64,000 nt of DNA from an uncultured bacterium (lineage in GTDB: Bacteria > Zixibacteria > MSB-5A5 > JAABVY01 > JAHJOQ01). The notes below the pieces were generated by a model, which was not told the DNA's origin, searched no databases, and saw only the letters and a list, made by a program, of their open reading frames with translations. Shown in pieces: positions 43,467 through 54,155 of the stretch. The stretch covers positions 160,001 through 224,000 of the forward strand of contig CBDUQR010000001.1 of the NCBI GenBank assembly GCA_965369655.1, given 5' to 3'. A program made the position numbers and the translations under genes. Within the stretch, counting starts at the first letter, position 1. Every line of letters starts with the position of its first letter.

Positions 43467-45842
43467 ATGTCCCTGCTGCAATTTGCAAAAGAATTCGCGA
43501 AGCTCAAATCGGACCTTGCCGCCCAGCCGGTTCCCGATTTGCAGCTCCTGTGTCTGATTGATTTCTGGCCGAGCCTCGCGGATCACGCTGCCGAGAGTTC
43601 ATACCGGAGTTATCTCGATGAATATGTGCCACTGCTGCTACACCTGATCTCAGCCGAGAATCTCTCCGATCTCACCATGCACGAGCTATTGCACTTACAA
43701 GATGTGCTCGCCGATCTTTCCGCGCTTGAATCGGTGAATGACAAACTCAAAGATCAACGCAGGCTTGTTTCGCAGGAACTTGCGCGACGGTATTTCTATG
43801 CCGGAGCGGTCGAAGATGCCCTGACAATATGCATCGAACCATCGTGGGCGGCAGAAGCAGTAGGTCGGCGTTCCGTAGCAGGCGAAGCCTGCAAGAAACC
43901 CGACACCAGCACAACAAAGAGTAAGTGTCGCGTTTCTCTCCCTCGTACCTCGGCATCGGAACACGACCTACAAGATCTAAGCGAGTTCGAAGCATTTGAA
44001 TCAATCATCGAACATACCCGAGGCCGCGACAACTCGCTCGACGCTTTCCTGAGCAATCTCCATGACGATTGGCAGGGCGACCGCGACGCGATCTATCACG
44101 ACCGGATCAACGCGCTGTTTGTCGACAAGGATGACGCCGGTCGTGCATGGCGCGGCAGGATGAAATCACTCACCGGCAAGGTCGAGCTGTTCGGCAAATC
44201 GGCTACGACCGACGAGATCACGTTCGACAACCAGATCAAATCGCCGGATGATCCATTTATCGGCGTGGCGTATCATTCGCTCGATGCTGTGCGGCAATCG
44301 ATGAAACGCGCAAGGTTTAGGAAACAGTCTGAGGCGTTCTATCATGCTCATTTCGCGGTCGAGAATAGCCAGCAGACATTCACCGGCGATTCGATTGGGC
44401 TGGCGACAGGGCTGCTGACTTACGCGCAGCTTCTGGAACCTGAGATCATGCGGCAGGACAAGTTCATCGGGGCGGATATCGCTGTCACGGGTGGTGTGGA
44501 TGATTCCGGCGCAGTAACACAGGTCAACGACGATACATTGAAGCTCAAAATCGAACGGGCGTTTTTCTCGCCGGTCAGGCATATTATCGTGCCGGATGGG
44601 AATCTGTCTGCTGCGCGTGAGCATATCGAGAAATTGCGAGAGAGATATCCGCGCAGGCGGCTCAGGCTGATCGGAGTTGAATCGCTGACCGATGCAATCG
44701 AGAACAGGAATATCATCCGCGAGGAAAAAGTCTGCATCGGCGAATTCGTCACGAAACAAGTTTACCACTACAGTCGCACAGCCAAAATTCAAGTACCGAT
44801 ACTGCTGATACTCGCATACTTCCTCCTCTGCATGATCTACCCAAAAGCATGGGTGGGATTTGATTGGAATCCGGCAAGTGTGGAACTGACGGAGACTGGA
44901 TTTGTCGCTCTGAACGCTGATTCAAGGTCCTTATGGTCAGTTGAATATGAGTGTGAATTGCTCTATGCGAGATCGCAATGGACAATGAGCGATTTGAACG
45001 GCGATGGCATGAATGACGTAGTTTTCATGCCTATGGCGTCCCCCAATGCTCCCTGCAGAAGCAACGCTCATCTTTTCGCGTACGACCACACAGGCAAAGA
45101 ACTGTTCGCAAGGCAGGGGGCGGTTCTTGGTGAATATGTGAGTGATACATCTGCTAATTTCCCATATTCGGCGGGTTTAATTGACGTTGTACAAGTCAGT
45201 GGAACGAGTGTCATCGTCAGCAGGGTCTATGCATCCTACCCTGCTCGTTACCACATCAAAATGTGGAGTACTGATGGCGACTCTCTCGGTTGGTACATAA
45301 ACTCAGGATATAGCGGTGTTGTGAATGAAAAATGTTTCGCTGTCGATAGATACGGCAACCTGATGTTTCTTGCGCTCAACAATCGTATGGGTTGTGCCTG
45401 CTTTTTCGTAATTGCTCCGGATTCGAGCTATGGCGTGTCACCACCTTATCCTGAATGGCTTCGTGGCCAAAGAGGACTTAGACACGGGAACCAACTATGC
45501 TATCTTCTGTTTCCGCGCACAGATATTAACCGCGAGATAGAACTGGATTACAATGGACCATTCCGTATTGTCATCAACTCCAGTGACGAGATTCGAGTCG
45601 ATATAGGTGAATCTAAAGAACCCGAATGCAACCTAAGCTATTTCCTTGACGAGAACTTCCGTGTTACACATGTAAAAGCCGATGACCGGTTCATCCCACT
45701 TAGGCGTCGCCTCATAGACGAAGGGAAACTCCCTTCAGTGGACTTGTCTACGTATCTGGCCAATCTTGTCGACTCAGTTACCTACTGGACCGACTCCGGC
45801 TGGGTAACCGAAGGCGAACTCCGCGCCTTGGAAAAAAACTGA
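43467..45842 (+). CDS. Membrane-anchored Lon (S16) protease-domain protein with extracytoplasmic FG-GAP/beta-propeller-like domain
   Basis: GDSIGLA...DIAVTGGVDDSGAV..V...LKLK...IIVP..N matches the Lon proteolytic domain (Ser-Lys dyad); no AAA+ module; one TM (VPILLILAYFLLCMIY); DLNGDGMNDVV repeat. Confidence 0.8.
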   Translation: MSLLQFAKEFAKLKSDLAAQPVPDLQLLCLIDFWPSLADHAAESSYRSYLDEYVPLLLHLISAENLSDLTMHELLHLQDVLADLSALESVNDKLKDQRRLVSQELARRYFYAGAVEDALTICIEPSWAAEAVGRRSVAGEACKKPDTSTTKSKCRVSLPRTSASEHDLQDLSEFEAFESIIEHTRGRDNSLDAFLSNLHDDWQGDRDAIYHDRINALFVDKDDAGRAWRGRMKSLTGKVELFGKSATTDEITFDNQIKSPDDPFIGVAYHSLDAVRQSMKRARFRKQSEAFYHAHFAVENSQQTFTGDSIGLATGLLTYAQLLEPEIMRQDKFIGADIAVTGGVDDSGAVTQVNDDTLKLKIERAFFSPVRHIIVPDGNLSAAREHIEKLRERYPRRRLRLIGVESLTDAIENRNIIREEKVCIGEFVTKQVYHYSRTAKIQVPILLILAYFLLCMIYPKAWVGFDWNPASVELTETGFVALNADSRSLWSVEYECELLYARSQWTMSDLNGDGMNDVVFMPMASPNAPCRSNAHLFAYDHTGKELFARQGAVLGEYVSDTSANFPYSAGLIDVVQVSGTSVIVSRVYASYPARYHIKMWSTDGDSLGWYINSGYSGVVNEKCFAVDRYGNLMFLALNNRMGCACFFVIAPDSSYGVSPPYPEWLRGQRGLRHGNQLCYLLFPRTDINREIELDYNGPFRIVINSSDEIRVDIGESKEPECNLSYFLDENFRVTHVKADDRFIPLRRRLIDEGKLPSVDLSTYLANLVDSVTYWTDSGWVTEGELRALEKN
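43860..43971. repeat. GTAG-tagged REP doublet inside the Lon-domain CDS
   Basis: gtaggtcggcgttccg / cggaacacgacctac outer inverted repeats, gaaacccgacac / gtgtcgcgtttc inner inverted repeats. Confidence 0.75.
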
Positions 45843-45851
45843 AGAACATCT

Positions 45852-45879
45852 CTACAGATTTCCTCCTTGGTGTCTATTA
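45852..45879 (+). promoter_or_regulatory. Promoter-like motif C before the secreted protein gene
   Basis: CTACAGaTTTcctcCTTGGtGtCTATTA. Confidence 0.65.
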
Positions 45880-45917
45880 TTGGTTTAGAAGTTAAACCTG
45901 AACTGAGGAGATGTCCA

Positions 45918-47333
45918 ATGACTTCAAAATGTTTCTATGTGTTCATCACACTGCTCTTTCTTGCTCCGTATGCTAATGCAACAGACCCGCCCGGAAATGT
46001 GCTGGTCTATGCAACGTACGTGGGCGGCAACGGTTATGACCAGTATATGTTTGATTCAACTCTAGTCGGAGTTTTGTATGAGCGCGGTTACAATGCCACA
46101 GTAACAGACAGGACCGAAACAACGGAGATAACTGCTCTACTGTTGGAGAACTATGATCAGCTTTGGTTTTTCTCTACTCAAGAAGGTCCGAGCGTGGAAC
46201 TAGCCCCTGAGGAGATCAATGCAATTCTGGCATTTCAATCCCAGGGCAAAGGGCTATTCATAGCTGCTGAAAATGCACCACATTATACGTACACTGCTAA
46301 CTTGGTTGCCTGTTCACTAGGTGTGACTTTTTGGGGAATTGTCGATCACGCTGAAGGAGATGCTGGTGGTATCATTATCTTCCCTGAGTTTGAAGACCAT
46401 CCCTTGTTTTGCGGGGTGTCCCAGATTTCTGCATATAGGAACGAATGCGATATGTCTGTTGTGCCGCCTGCTGATGTAGTCGCAACCTACAACGGTCACA
46501 ATCTAATCGCTGTACGAGACGCCGGCGCAGGCCGGTGTGTTTTTGACGTTAGTTTCGTCAGAGCATTCGATGGTCAGATTATGAGGGGTGACAATGCGCA
46601 ATACTACGGCAATATTGCTGATTGGTTGCAGTTCTGCGTTCCGTCCATCACTATGATTTCTCCTGACCCAACCTACGTCTACTGGGCTTTTGCTATGATA
46701 CCGATGGTGGAAAAAGTATACATTGGTGATTTCGGTTGTGGCTATACAGCAAGCGATATAAATCCGTGGTCTGTCCTTCTGAACGGATCGGTTTCGCCAG
46801 TAGATTTCGAGATTCTTCCCGGTATGGAAGGTTTCACAGGCGAAGTGATGGAACTGCACTATCCTCTCGCAGATTTCATCTGGACATACCCTGTTCTTTA
46901 CGACACAACCTTGCAGGAATATGGCGTTGCTGGTATGTTTACCGATGGTCATACTTTCGCTGCCTCGGGAGATGTCACGATCATTGGCAAGAACTCTCGC
47001 GCAACTCGTAATGTATACCTCAAGCCAGACAACGACGAAATCAGCATTAAGCCATCAGAGTTCGCGCTGTACCAGAATCAGCCGAATCCATTCAATCCGA
47101 CGACTGAGATCAGTTTCAATCTGCCTGTGATGTCGAATGTCAGGCTTGATGTCTACAATATCACTGGACAGAAAGTCACAACGCTCGTCGATGGACCGAT
47201 GCAGCCGGGACCGCATTCGGTGACATGGAACGGCATGTCCGACAGCGGCGAACCGGTCGCGTCCGGCATTTATTTCTATCGTATCGAGGCCGGAGATTTC
47301 ACGGAGAACAAGAAGATGCTGCTTCTCAAATAG
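45918..47333 (+). CDS. Secreted protein with GATase-like/DUF4350-like N-terminal domain and FlgD/T9SS-like C-terminal domain
   Basis: ATG behind GAGGAG; signal peptide; LLENYDQLW...GKGLFIAAE; QNQPNPFNP...SGIYFYRI...KKMLLLK. Confidence 0.82.
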   Translation: MTSKCFYVFITLLFLAPYANATDPPGNVLVYATYVGGNGYDQYMFDSTLVGVLYERGYNATVTDRTETTEITALLLENYDQLWFFSTQEGPSVELAPEEINAILAFQSQGKGLFIAAENAPHYTYTANLVACSLGVTFWGIVDHAEGDAGGIIIFPEFEDHPLFCGVSQISAYRNECDMSVVPPADVVATYNGHNLIAVRDAGAGRCVFDVSFVRAFDGQIMRGDNAQYYGNIADWLQFCVPSITMISPDPTYVYWAFAMIPMVEKVYIGDFGCGYTASDINPWSVLLNGSVSPVDFEILPGMEGFTGEVMELHYPLADFIWTYPVLYDTTLQEYGVAGMFTDGHTFAASGDVTIIGKNSRATRNVYLKPDNDEISIKPSEFALYQNQPNPFNPTTEISFNLPVMSNVRLDVYNITGQKVTTLVDGPMQPGPHSVTWNGMSDSGEPVASGIYFYRIEAGDFTENKKMLLLK

Positions 47334-47346
47334 AGCGAATGAAGCG

Positions 47347-47507
47347 TGTCAAGACCTCACCCCAAGGGGTGAGCCACCCGAAATCGCAGCATCAAATCGG
47401 GGTGGGCGAAAAGCCTGCCCCTTATTGTTGTGCGATTCAAATTGATCCTCACTGTGAAGATGGACCCCGGCAGGTCCTGAGTATAGCGAAGGGTTTTCAC
47501 CGGGGTG
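47347..47507. repeat. Cluster of short palindromes / REP-like units between convergent genes
   Basis: ctcacccc-aa-ggggtgag; accccgg...gtcctgagtatagcgaaggg...ccggggt (core shared with 10657-10676). Confidence 0.55.
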
Positions 47508-47708
47508 ACATGAGAGGCAACCATCCGACCGCAGTGGGTGAGTCCAGTAGCGCAGGAGTCGGAGGCTTATGCGAAATTTTTCTTGCGGCTACGGCTTCAC
47601 ATCCCAGGAATGCAGGAATGCCAAAACGGTTTTCGTGTTCGGGTGGTCGGATCCAAGTATGGCGAGATATATCCCGTACGCGCGTTTGACCATTTCGACA
47701 CGCACACT

Positions 47709-50700
47709 TTAATTCTTGACTGCGGCAGAACCCTTGACTTTGACGATGATTTTCCTCGCACATTCTTCAGGCTTCAATCCTGAGATGTCAATGTACCCGA
47801 CGAGTGAAGACAAACCTTCAAGCTCAGAGTTATCAAATCTCATCGGTAGGATATAACCTTCAGCTTTCTGAGCGATGACTTTCGACAATGCGGACTTGAA
47901 CTCATGATTCGTCCATCCCTTTTCAACATAGTCCTTAGATATGAATATAACGACCCGTTCGGATTCCTTCCCATAGATCCTGCTAAATTCATTAGCCAAA
48001 TCCTTTCCCCAAAGCTCCACTTCATAATCCTCGTCATAGAAAACGTTAATGTCGCCTTCTTCATCTAAAGTCTTTTTCACTTGACGAACATAGTTCCGTT
48101 GCTCACCTGCAAAGGAGAGAGCGACATCGAATTTCTTGCCTCCCACAGTACCAACCTTGACCTTCGGTACAGCTTCTTCATGTTCAACCCTTGCAAGCTC
48201 AGCCTTAATTTCGGCGTATCTGCTCGGATCAATCCTAAAGGACTGCGCTCCGCTCAGTCCATTAATCATAACATACTTAATATTTGTGTTCGAAGGCACC
48301 CGCTCAAGCAAACCAGCCCTGTTCAAATTTCGTAGCCAATTGGACATTTCCTCCTGTTCGTTGGGGAAGTTGTGGCACAGATCGAAGATACTAATCGGTT
48401 GTTCTGGCATCTCGCTATTGATGTCAAGGATGAACTTGAGTATCAGACTGCGGAGTGTACGACCTTTACTTATTGGAATATGTGGTGGAGATTCATAGTC
48501 ATCAGTTTTAAAGGTAAATTCCGTGGCACCAGGCTCTTCGGAAATCATTCTCAAGGCGAATCTGATGGTCTCATAGTGCATCTGGTTTTTTTGCTCATCG
48601 AAGTGTGTCTTAATCAGCAATGATGTTACCAATACTCTGAAACTTGAGTCCCCGTTTACTTGACGGAAATCATATATCCACCTGATCATATCTTGTGGAT
48701 CATCTTTACCAAAGTCAGATTTTCTGGCCAATACCAGATAGCGGCGAGGTTCACCTTTCACAACGGTTATCGTGTAACCTAAATGAGCCATATTGTGTCT
48801 TCCCCTTAGTACTAGCGAGTAGTGCTCGTCTTTGAGTACTTCGATCGCTTTCTCCCTGATTTCATACGCCCTTTCATACAGCGGCTCCGCATCATCATAT
48901 CTGCCCTGAGTCTCGTAGAGTATGGCGAGGCTTTCGAGGTCAGCAGCGACCTTTAGGTGATCTGAACCGTAGATATTCTCGTCAATCTTAAGCGCCCTCT
49001 TGTACAACAGTTCCGCTTGGCCGTAGTCAGCTCGGTCATGAAGATAGTAGCCGGTGCGACTGAATAGCTGGGCTACAGTCTCGTTAGAAATCTCCAGCGA
49101 ATCTGTATGTTGAACTAGTGAGAGTATGTGCGGCAATATTGTCTCGCATTCAGACCAGGTCCTATAATCTCTTTCATCCGGGAGCGTCTCTGAGGTGCAA
49201 ACTATAGCCAACTCCGCCCACTTACGCGCATCACCTGATTCAGTGTGATTATCACGTATAACCGCCTGGAGCAGACGGTGCAAGCTGAATTCATCAGTAT
49301 CTCGTTTGCGACGGATCAGCGAATAGCTCTGAAGTGCCCCGAGAGCCTTGTCCAATTCGAATGTGTCATAGGCAACACTCTTGAGATTATCGTCGAATGA
49401 ATCCACTCTCTTCCTGAACAGACCAAGCGGAATGGCATCAGGTGCGAAGTATGCCGCAAGCGATAGAACATCAATTGCTACCTTACTCTTCTGCTGAAGT
49501 GTTTCTAGAGACATCGACCATGTTGTGGCAACAGTGTGATCATAATCATCTGGCGAGTAACGTTTATCTTTAAGTACCTCGATCCCCTTTTCCTTGAGAT
49601 CGTTCAGGTAATCGTCCAGACTGCACCGTGTCTTTTCGACAAACGCACCCGCCTGATCGACTGCCAGCGGCAGCAGACCGAGCTCATTGGAGATATCCTT
49701 CGCTGTCCGGTGTTGATCATCCGTCGGCTCTTCGATATTAGCTCGTTTCAGGAGAAAATCTATAGCTTCATCTTCGGCCATCTCGGTTACTTCGAGAGCC
49801 TTCGCAAGATTACCAAAAGCCGAAGCTCTGGAGGTTAAGAGTGTTTGTCCCTGCCCTGAGCGTGGTTGATACTCTTTGATGATCTCAGGTTTGTCCGCAT
49901 TATCGTATATCAGCAGCCATTCGTTGTGAGTTTCAAGCCATGTCTTGACAGCAGCAACAACAACTCCTAATTCCTTATCATCCTTCTCCGGAAGATTAAG
50001 AAGTCTGGCGATTTCACTGTAGCTGGATGTTATTGTAGTTTCAGATTCAGAGTTGACCCAGATTATGAACTTGTAGTCTTTGATATGTTGATATGCATAT
50101 TCGACAGCGATCTGTGTCTTGCCGATTCCTCCCAATCCTGATATGGCTTGAGGCTGTGACAATGCAGTACTGCCAGACTTACTCAGCGATTCATGAAGAT
50201 CCTTCAACAAGTCTTCACGACCGGTAAACAGAGGATTCTGCGGGAAAGGGAGATTGTGCAGTGTCACACCGGGAATTTCGTATGGCTTGAATGCCTCGGA
50301 ATCGATGTATCCTCTAACATCAAGAGGTAACTCTGCAGGATTCCTGATTTCTATTTGTTGTCTCATTCCCATGCGTTCAAATATCATTTTGAGAAAGAGA
50401 TCCAACCGTCTACTAACTTTCGCCGAAAGCAACTGTTGCAGCGGCTGCTGAGACCACATGCGATCTTCGAGTCTTTGTACGAAGAACATGATCGCTTCTT
50501 TCTCATTATCTCCAATGGTAAAGTCGCGATATGTATCTTCCAAATCTTTCCACAACCTGTCAAAATCGACTGGTTCTGTGATACCCGGATCGAGTAATTT
50601 CCGCCACAGTTCGTCATTCACTGATTCGTTGATAATGAAGCTGTGGTCAACAGAACCATGACCACCAGTGTCGTATCCCTGTTTAGCCAAATCTTTAAGA

Positions 50701-50813
50701 GTTTCTTTGAGAGCATCGCGAAACGCTGACCGCTGCTTTTTATCTGTGAGCCATTGATCAACTTTGTGGCCAAGAATTGCCGTAGCCGCGAGTTCTATAA
50801 TCTTGAAAATCAT
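47709..50813 (-). CDS. STAND/NB-ARC NTPase with TPRs and C-terminal TIR domain (start 50813 or 50819)
   Basis: FTGRE, GLGGIGKT, LLIYDNAD, GLLPLAV, LHRLLQ; about 2 TPRs; FDVALSFAGEQR...FISKDYVEKGWTNHE TIR. Confidence 0.9.
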   Translation of the reverse strand: MIFKIIELAATAILGHKVDQWLTDKKQRSAFRDALKETLKDLAKQGYDTGGHGSVDHSFIINESVNDELWRKLLDPGITEPVDFDRLWKDLEDTYRDFTIGDNEKEAIMFFVQRLEDRMWSQQPLQQLLSAKVSRRLDLFLKMIFERMGMRQQIEIRNPAELPLDVRGYIDSEAFKPYEIPGVTLHNLPFPQNPLFTGREDLLKDLHESLSKSGSTALSQPQAISGLGGIGKTQIAVEYAYQHIKDYKFIIWVNSESETTITSSYSEIARLLNLPEKDDKELGVVVAAVKTWLETHNEWLLIYDNADKPEIIKEYQPRSGQGQTLLTSRASAFGNLAKALEVTEMAEDEAIDFLLKRANIEEPTDDQHRTAKDISNELGLLPLAVDQAGAFVEKTRCSLDDYLNDLKEKGIEVLKDKRYSPDDYDHTVATTWSMSLETLQQKSKVAIDVLSLAAYFAPDAIPLGLFRKRVDSFDDNLKSVAYDTFELDKALGALQSYSLIRRKRDTDEFSLHRLLQAVIRDNHTESGDARKWAELAIVCTSETLPDERDYRTWSECETILPHILSLVQHTDSLEISNETVAQLFSRTGYYLHDRADYGQAELLYKRALKIDENIYGSDHLKVAADLESLAILYETQGRYDDAEPLYERAYEIREKAIEVLKDEHYSLVLRGRHNMAHLGYTITVVKGEPRRYLVLARKSDFGKDDPQDMIRWIYDFRQVNGDSSFRVLVTSLLIKTHFDEQKNQMHYETIRFALRMISEEPGATEFTFKTDDYESPPHIPISKGRTLRSLILKFILDINSEMPEQPISIFDLCHNFPNEQEEMSNWLRNLNRAGLLERVPSNTNIKYVMINGLSGAQSFRIDPSRYAEIKAELARVEHEEAVPKVKVGTVGGKKFDVALSFAGEQRNYVRQVKKTLDEEGDINVFYDEDYEVELWGKDLANEFSRIYGKESERVVIFISKDYVEKGWTNHEFKSALSKVIAQKAEGYILPMRFDNSELEGLSSLVGYIDISGLKPEECARKIIVKVKGSAAVKN

Positions 50814-50848
50814 GCTCAATCCTAAATTGCTCCGGTAACCATTGACAA

Positions 50849-50898
50849 AAGATGGCAGGACCGCTCCGCTTCGCTACGGGTCGCTGCCCTACTCAAGA
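50849..50898. repeat. GTAG-tagged REP-like element, copy 2
   Basis: Reverse complement matches 38103-38174. Confidence 0.75.
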
Positions 50899-50912
50899 TT
50901 CCTGCGTCAACA

Positions 50913-52367
<1,455 letters not shown>

Positions 52368-52401
52368 CTAATTGTTGACAAATCCCCGATCATGTTTAAT
52401 T

Positions 52402-52427
52402 TACGTAACTCCGATAGGAGTTATGTA
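52402..52427. promoter_or_regulatory. Palindromic operator overlapping the RBS of the Rrf2 gene
   Basis: tacgtaactcc-gata-ggagttatgta, downstream of TTGACA (52375-52380). Confidence 0.6.
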
Positions 52428-52429
52428 TT

Positions 52430-52864
52430 ATGGCTGGATCGAAATTGAATTTTGCAGTGTCCGCTCTGATCGAGATTTACAGATCAGGCTCCAACGGACC
52501 GATAGGTGCAAGGGAGATAGCCGAGGCAACCGGTCTGTCAAAGCGTTATCTCGAGCAGGTGCTTGGGCTGCTGAAAACGTCGGGGATCATCAAGAGCACT
52601 CGAGGTAAACATGGCGGCTATGAGTTGGCGATGACTCCCGAGAAACTACACCTTATGGATGTCTGGATGGCATTGCGCGAGGATCTGACTATTCCGGTGA
52701 ATAAGGCAGTCCTTGCCGCTCCGAACGACGGTTTCTCCGGAAGCAAAGCCGTATCATCGCTTTGGATCGATATCCATGAGATCGTGACAGAGTATATGGA
52801 GCAACAGACTCTTCGCTCGTTGGCGCTGCTTGATCTTGAAAGAGAAGGCATGTATTACATTTAG
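52430..52864 (+). CDS. Rrf2-family regulator, CymR-like
   Basis: YLEQVL, STRGKHGGY; no Fe-S cysteines; C-terminal MYYI; upstream of cysK. Confidence 0.88.
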   Translation: MAGSKLNFAVSALIEIYRSGSNGPIGAREIAEATGLSKRYLEQVLGLLKTSGIIKSTRGKHGGYELAMTPEKLHLMDVWMALREDLTIPVNKAVLAAPNDGFSGSKAVSSLWIDIHEIVTEYMEQQTLRSLALLDLEREGMYYI

Positions 52865-52889
52865 TCGAACCTGATTACTGGAGGTCGCT

Positions 52890-53822
52890 GTGAAAGTCGC
52901 TGATTCGATACTTGAATTGATCGGCAGTACGCCGCTGGTCAGACTGAACAAGATGTCCACCGGACTCAATGCCACGATTTTGGGCAAACTCGAATTCTAC
53001 AACCCGTGCGCATCTGTCAAGGACCGGATCGGTCTCGCCATGATCGAGGCTGCAGAATCTGATGGAAAGATCAACAAAGACACGGTTATTATAGAGCCGA
53101 CATCGGGAAATACCGGCATAGCTCTGGCATTTGTTTGCTCGGTGAGAGGCTACCGATGTGTGTTGGTGATGCCCGACACGATGAGTGTCGAGCGCCAATC
53201 TCTGCTTCTGGCTTTCGGCGCCGAAGTCATCCTGACTCCGGGCGCCGATGGCATGACTGGAGCGATCAATAAGGCCACGGAGATTGCAGAATCGGACTCC
53301 GGCAAGTATTTCATGCCGCAGCAATTCGAGAATCCGGCCAATGTGGATATCCATCGACGAACTACCGCAGAAGAGCTCTGGAACGACACCGATGGCAAGA
53401 TCGATATTCTCTGCGCTGGCGTCGGCACAGGTGGGACGATCACCGGTTGCGCTGAAGTCATCAAGGCTCGCAAGCCGGAGTTCAAAGCTATCGCGATAGA
53501 GCCGGAAGCATCGCCGTTTTTGTCGAAGGGCGAGAAAGGTCCCCATCCGATACAGGGCATCGGCGCAGGATTCAAACCGGATGTGCTGAATCTTGATCTG
53601 ATCGATGAGATCATCACGATCACGAACGATGAAGCTATGATGACCACCCGCCGGCTTGTCCGCGAAGAGGGGATATTGTGCGGCATTTCGTCGGGAGCCG
53701 CCGTCGCGGGCGCTCTCAAGATTGCCGCGCGGGCGGAGAACAATGGCAGGCTGATTGTCGCGATTCTTCCCGATACCGGCGAAAGGTATCTTTCGACGCC
53801 GACATACATGGAGTTAACGTAA
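52890..53822 (+). CDS. cysK: Cysteine synthase A
   Basis: [37 protein letters not shown]. Confidence 0.97.
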   Translation: MKVADSILELIGSTPLVRLNKMSTGLNATILGKLEFYNPCASVKDRIGLAMIEAAESDGKINKDTVIIEPTSGNTGIALAFVCSVRGYRCVLVMPDTMSVERQSLLLAFGAEVILTPGADGMTGAINKATEIAESDSGKYFMPQQFENPANVDIHRRTTAEELWNDTDGKIDILCAGVGTGGTITGCAEVIKARKPEFKAIAIEPEASPFLSKGEKGPHPIQGIGAGFKPDVLNLDLIDEIITITNDEAMMTTRRLVREEGILCGISSGAAVAGALKIAARAENNGRLIVAILPDTGERYLSTPTYMELT

Positions 53823-53944
53823 CGTTCCCTGGTGGAACCTCATCCAATTGATGAGCGTACAACTCGACAGAGTCGCAGAAGGCGCTCGATTTGCAGTTGC
53901 GAATATCGGTTTGCGGTGTTATATAAGGTGCGTTCTGATTTGCC

Positions 53945-54031
53945 GGAGAGGTGGCCGAGTGGCTGAAGGCAGCTGCCTGCTAAGCAGTTATACGTTCACG
54001 CGTATCCAGGGTTCGAATCCCTGCCTCTCCG
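53945..54031 (+). tRNA. tRNA-Ser(GCT)
   Basis: GGAGAGG/CCTCTCC acceptor stem, anticodon loop CT-GCT-AA, long variable arm, GGTTCGAATCC; CCA not encoded. Confidence 0.96.
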
Positions 54032-54115
54032 CTTTATCATATCAGATTCTTGTCAGTACATAATCAAGCCCGAAAATTGTCAGACAACGAGAATTGTCTT
54101 GACAATATTGACTGA

Positions 54116-54131
54116 TTGGCTATTTTGCCAA
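54116..54131. promoter_or_regulatory. Candidate ArsR operator
   Basis: TTGGC-tatttt-GCCAA palindrome upstream of the arsR-like gene. Confidence 0.45.
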
Positions 54132-54155
54132 ATAACCTAATAGGAGTGTGGTGAT

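Noticed and set aside
33095-45842. CHAT and Lon modules as CRISPR type III accessory genes
   Set aside because: No cas genes, array, SAVED or CARF domain seen in the window; only the analogy is kept.
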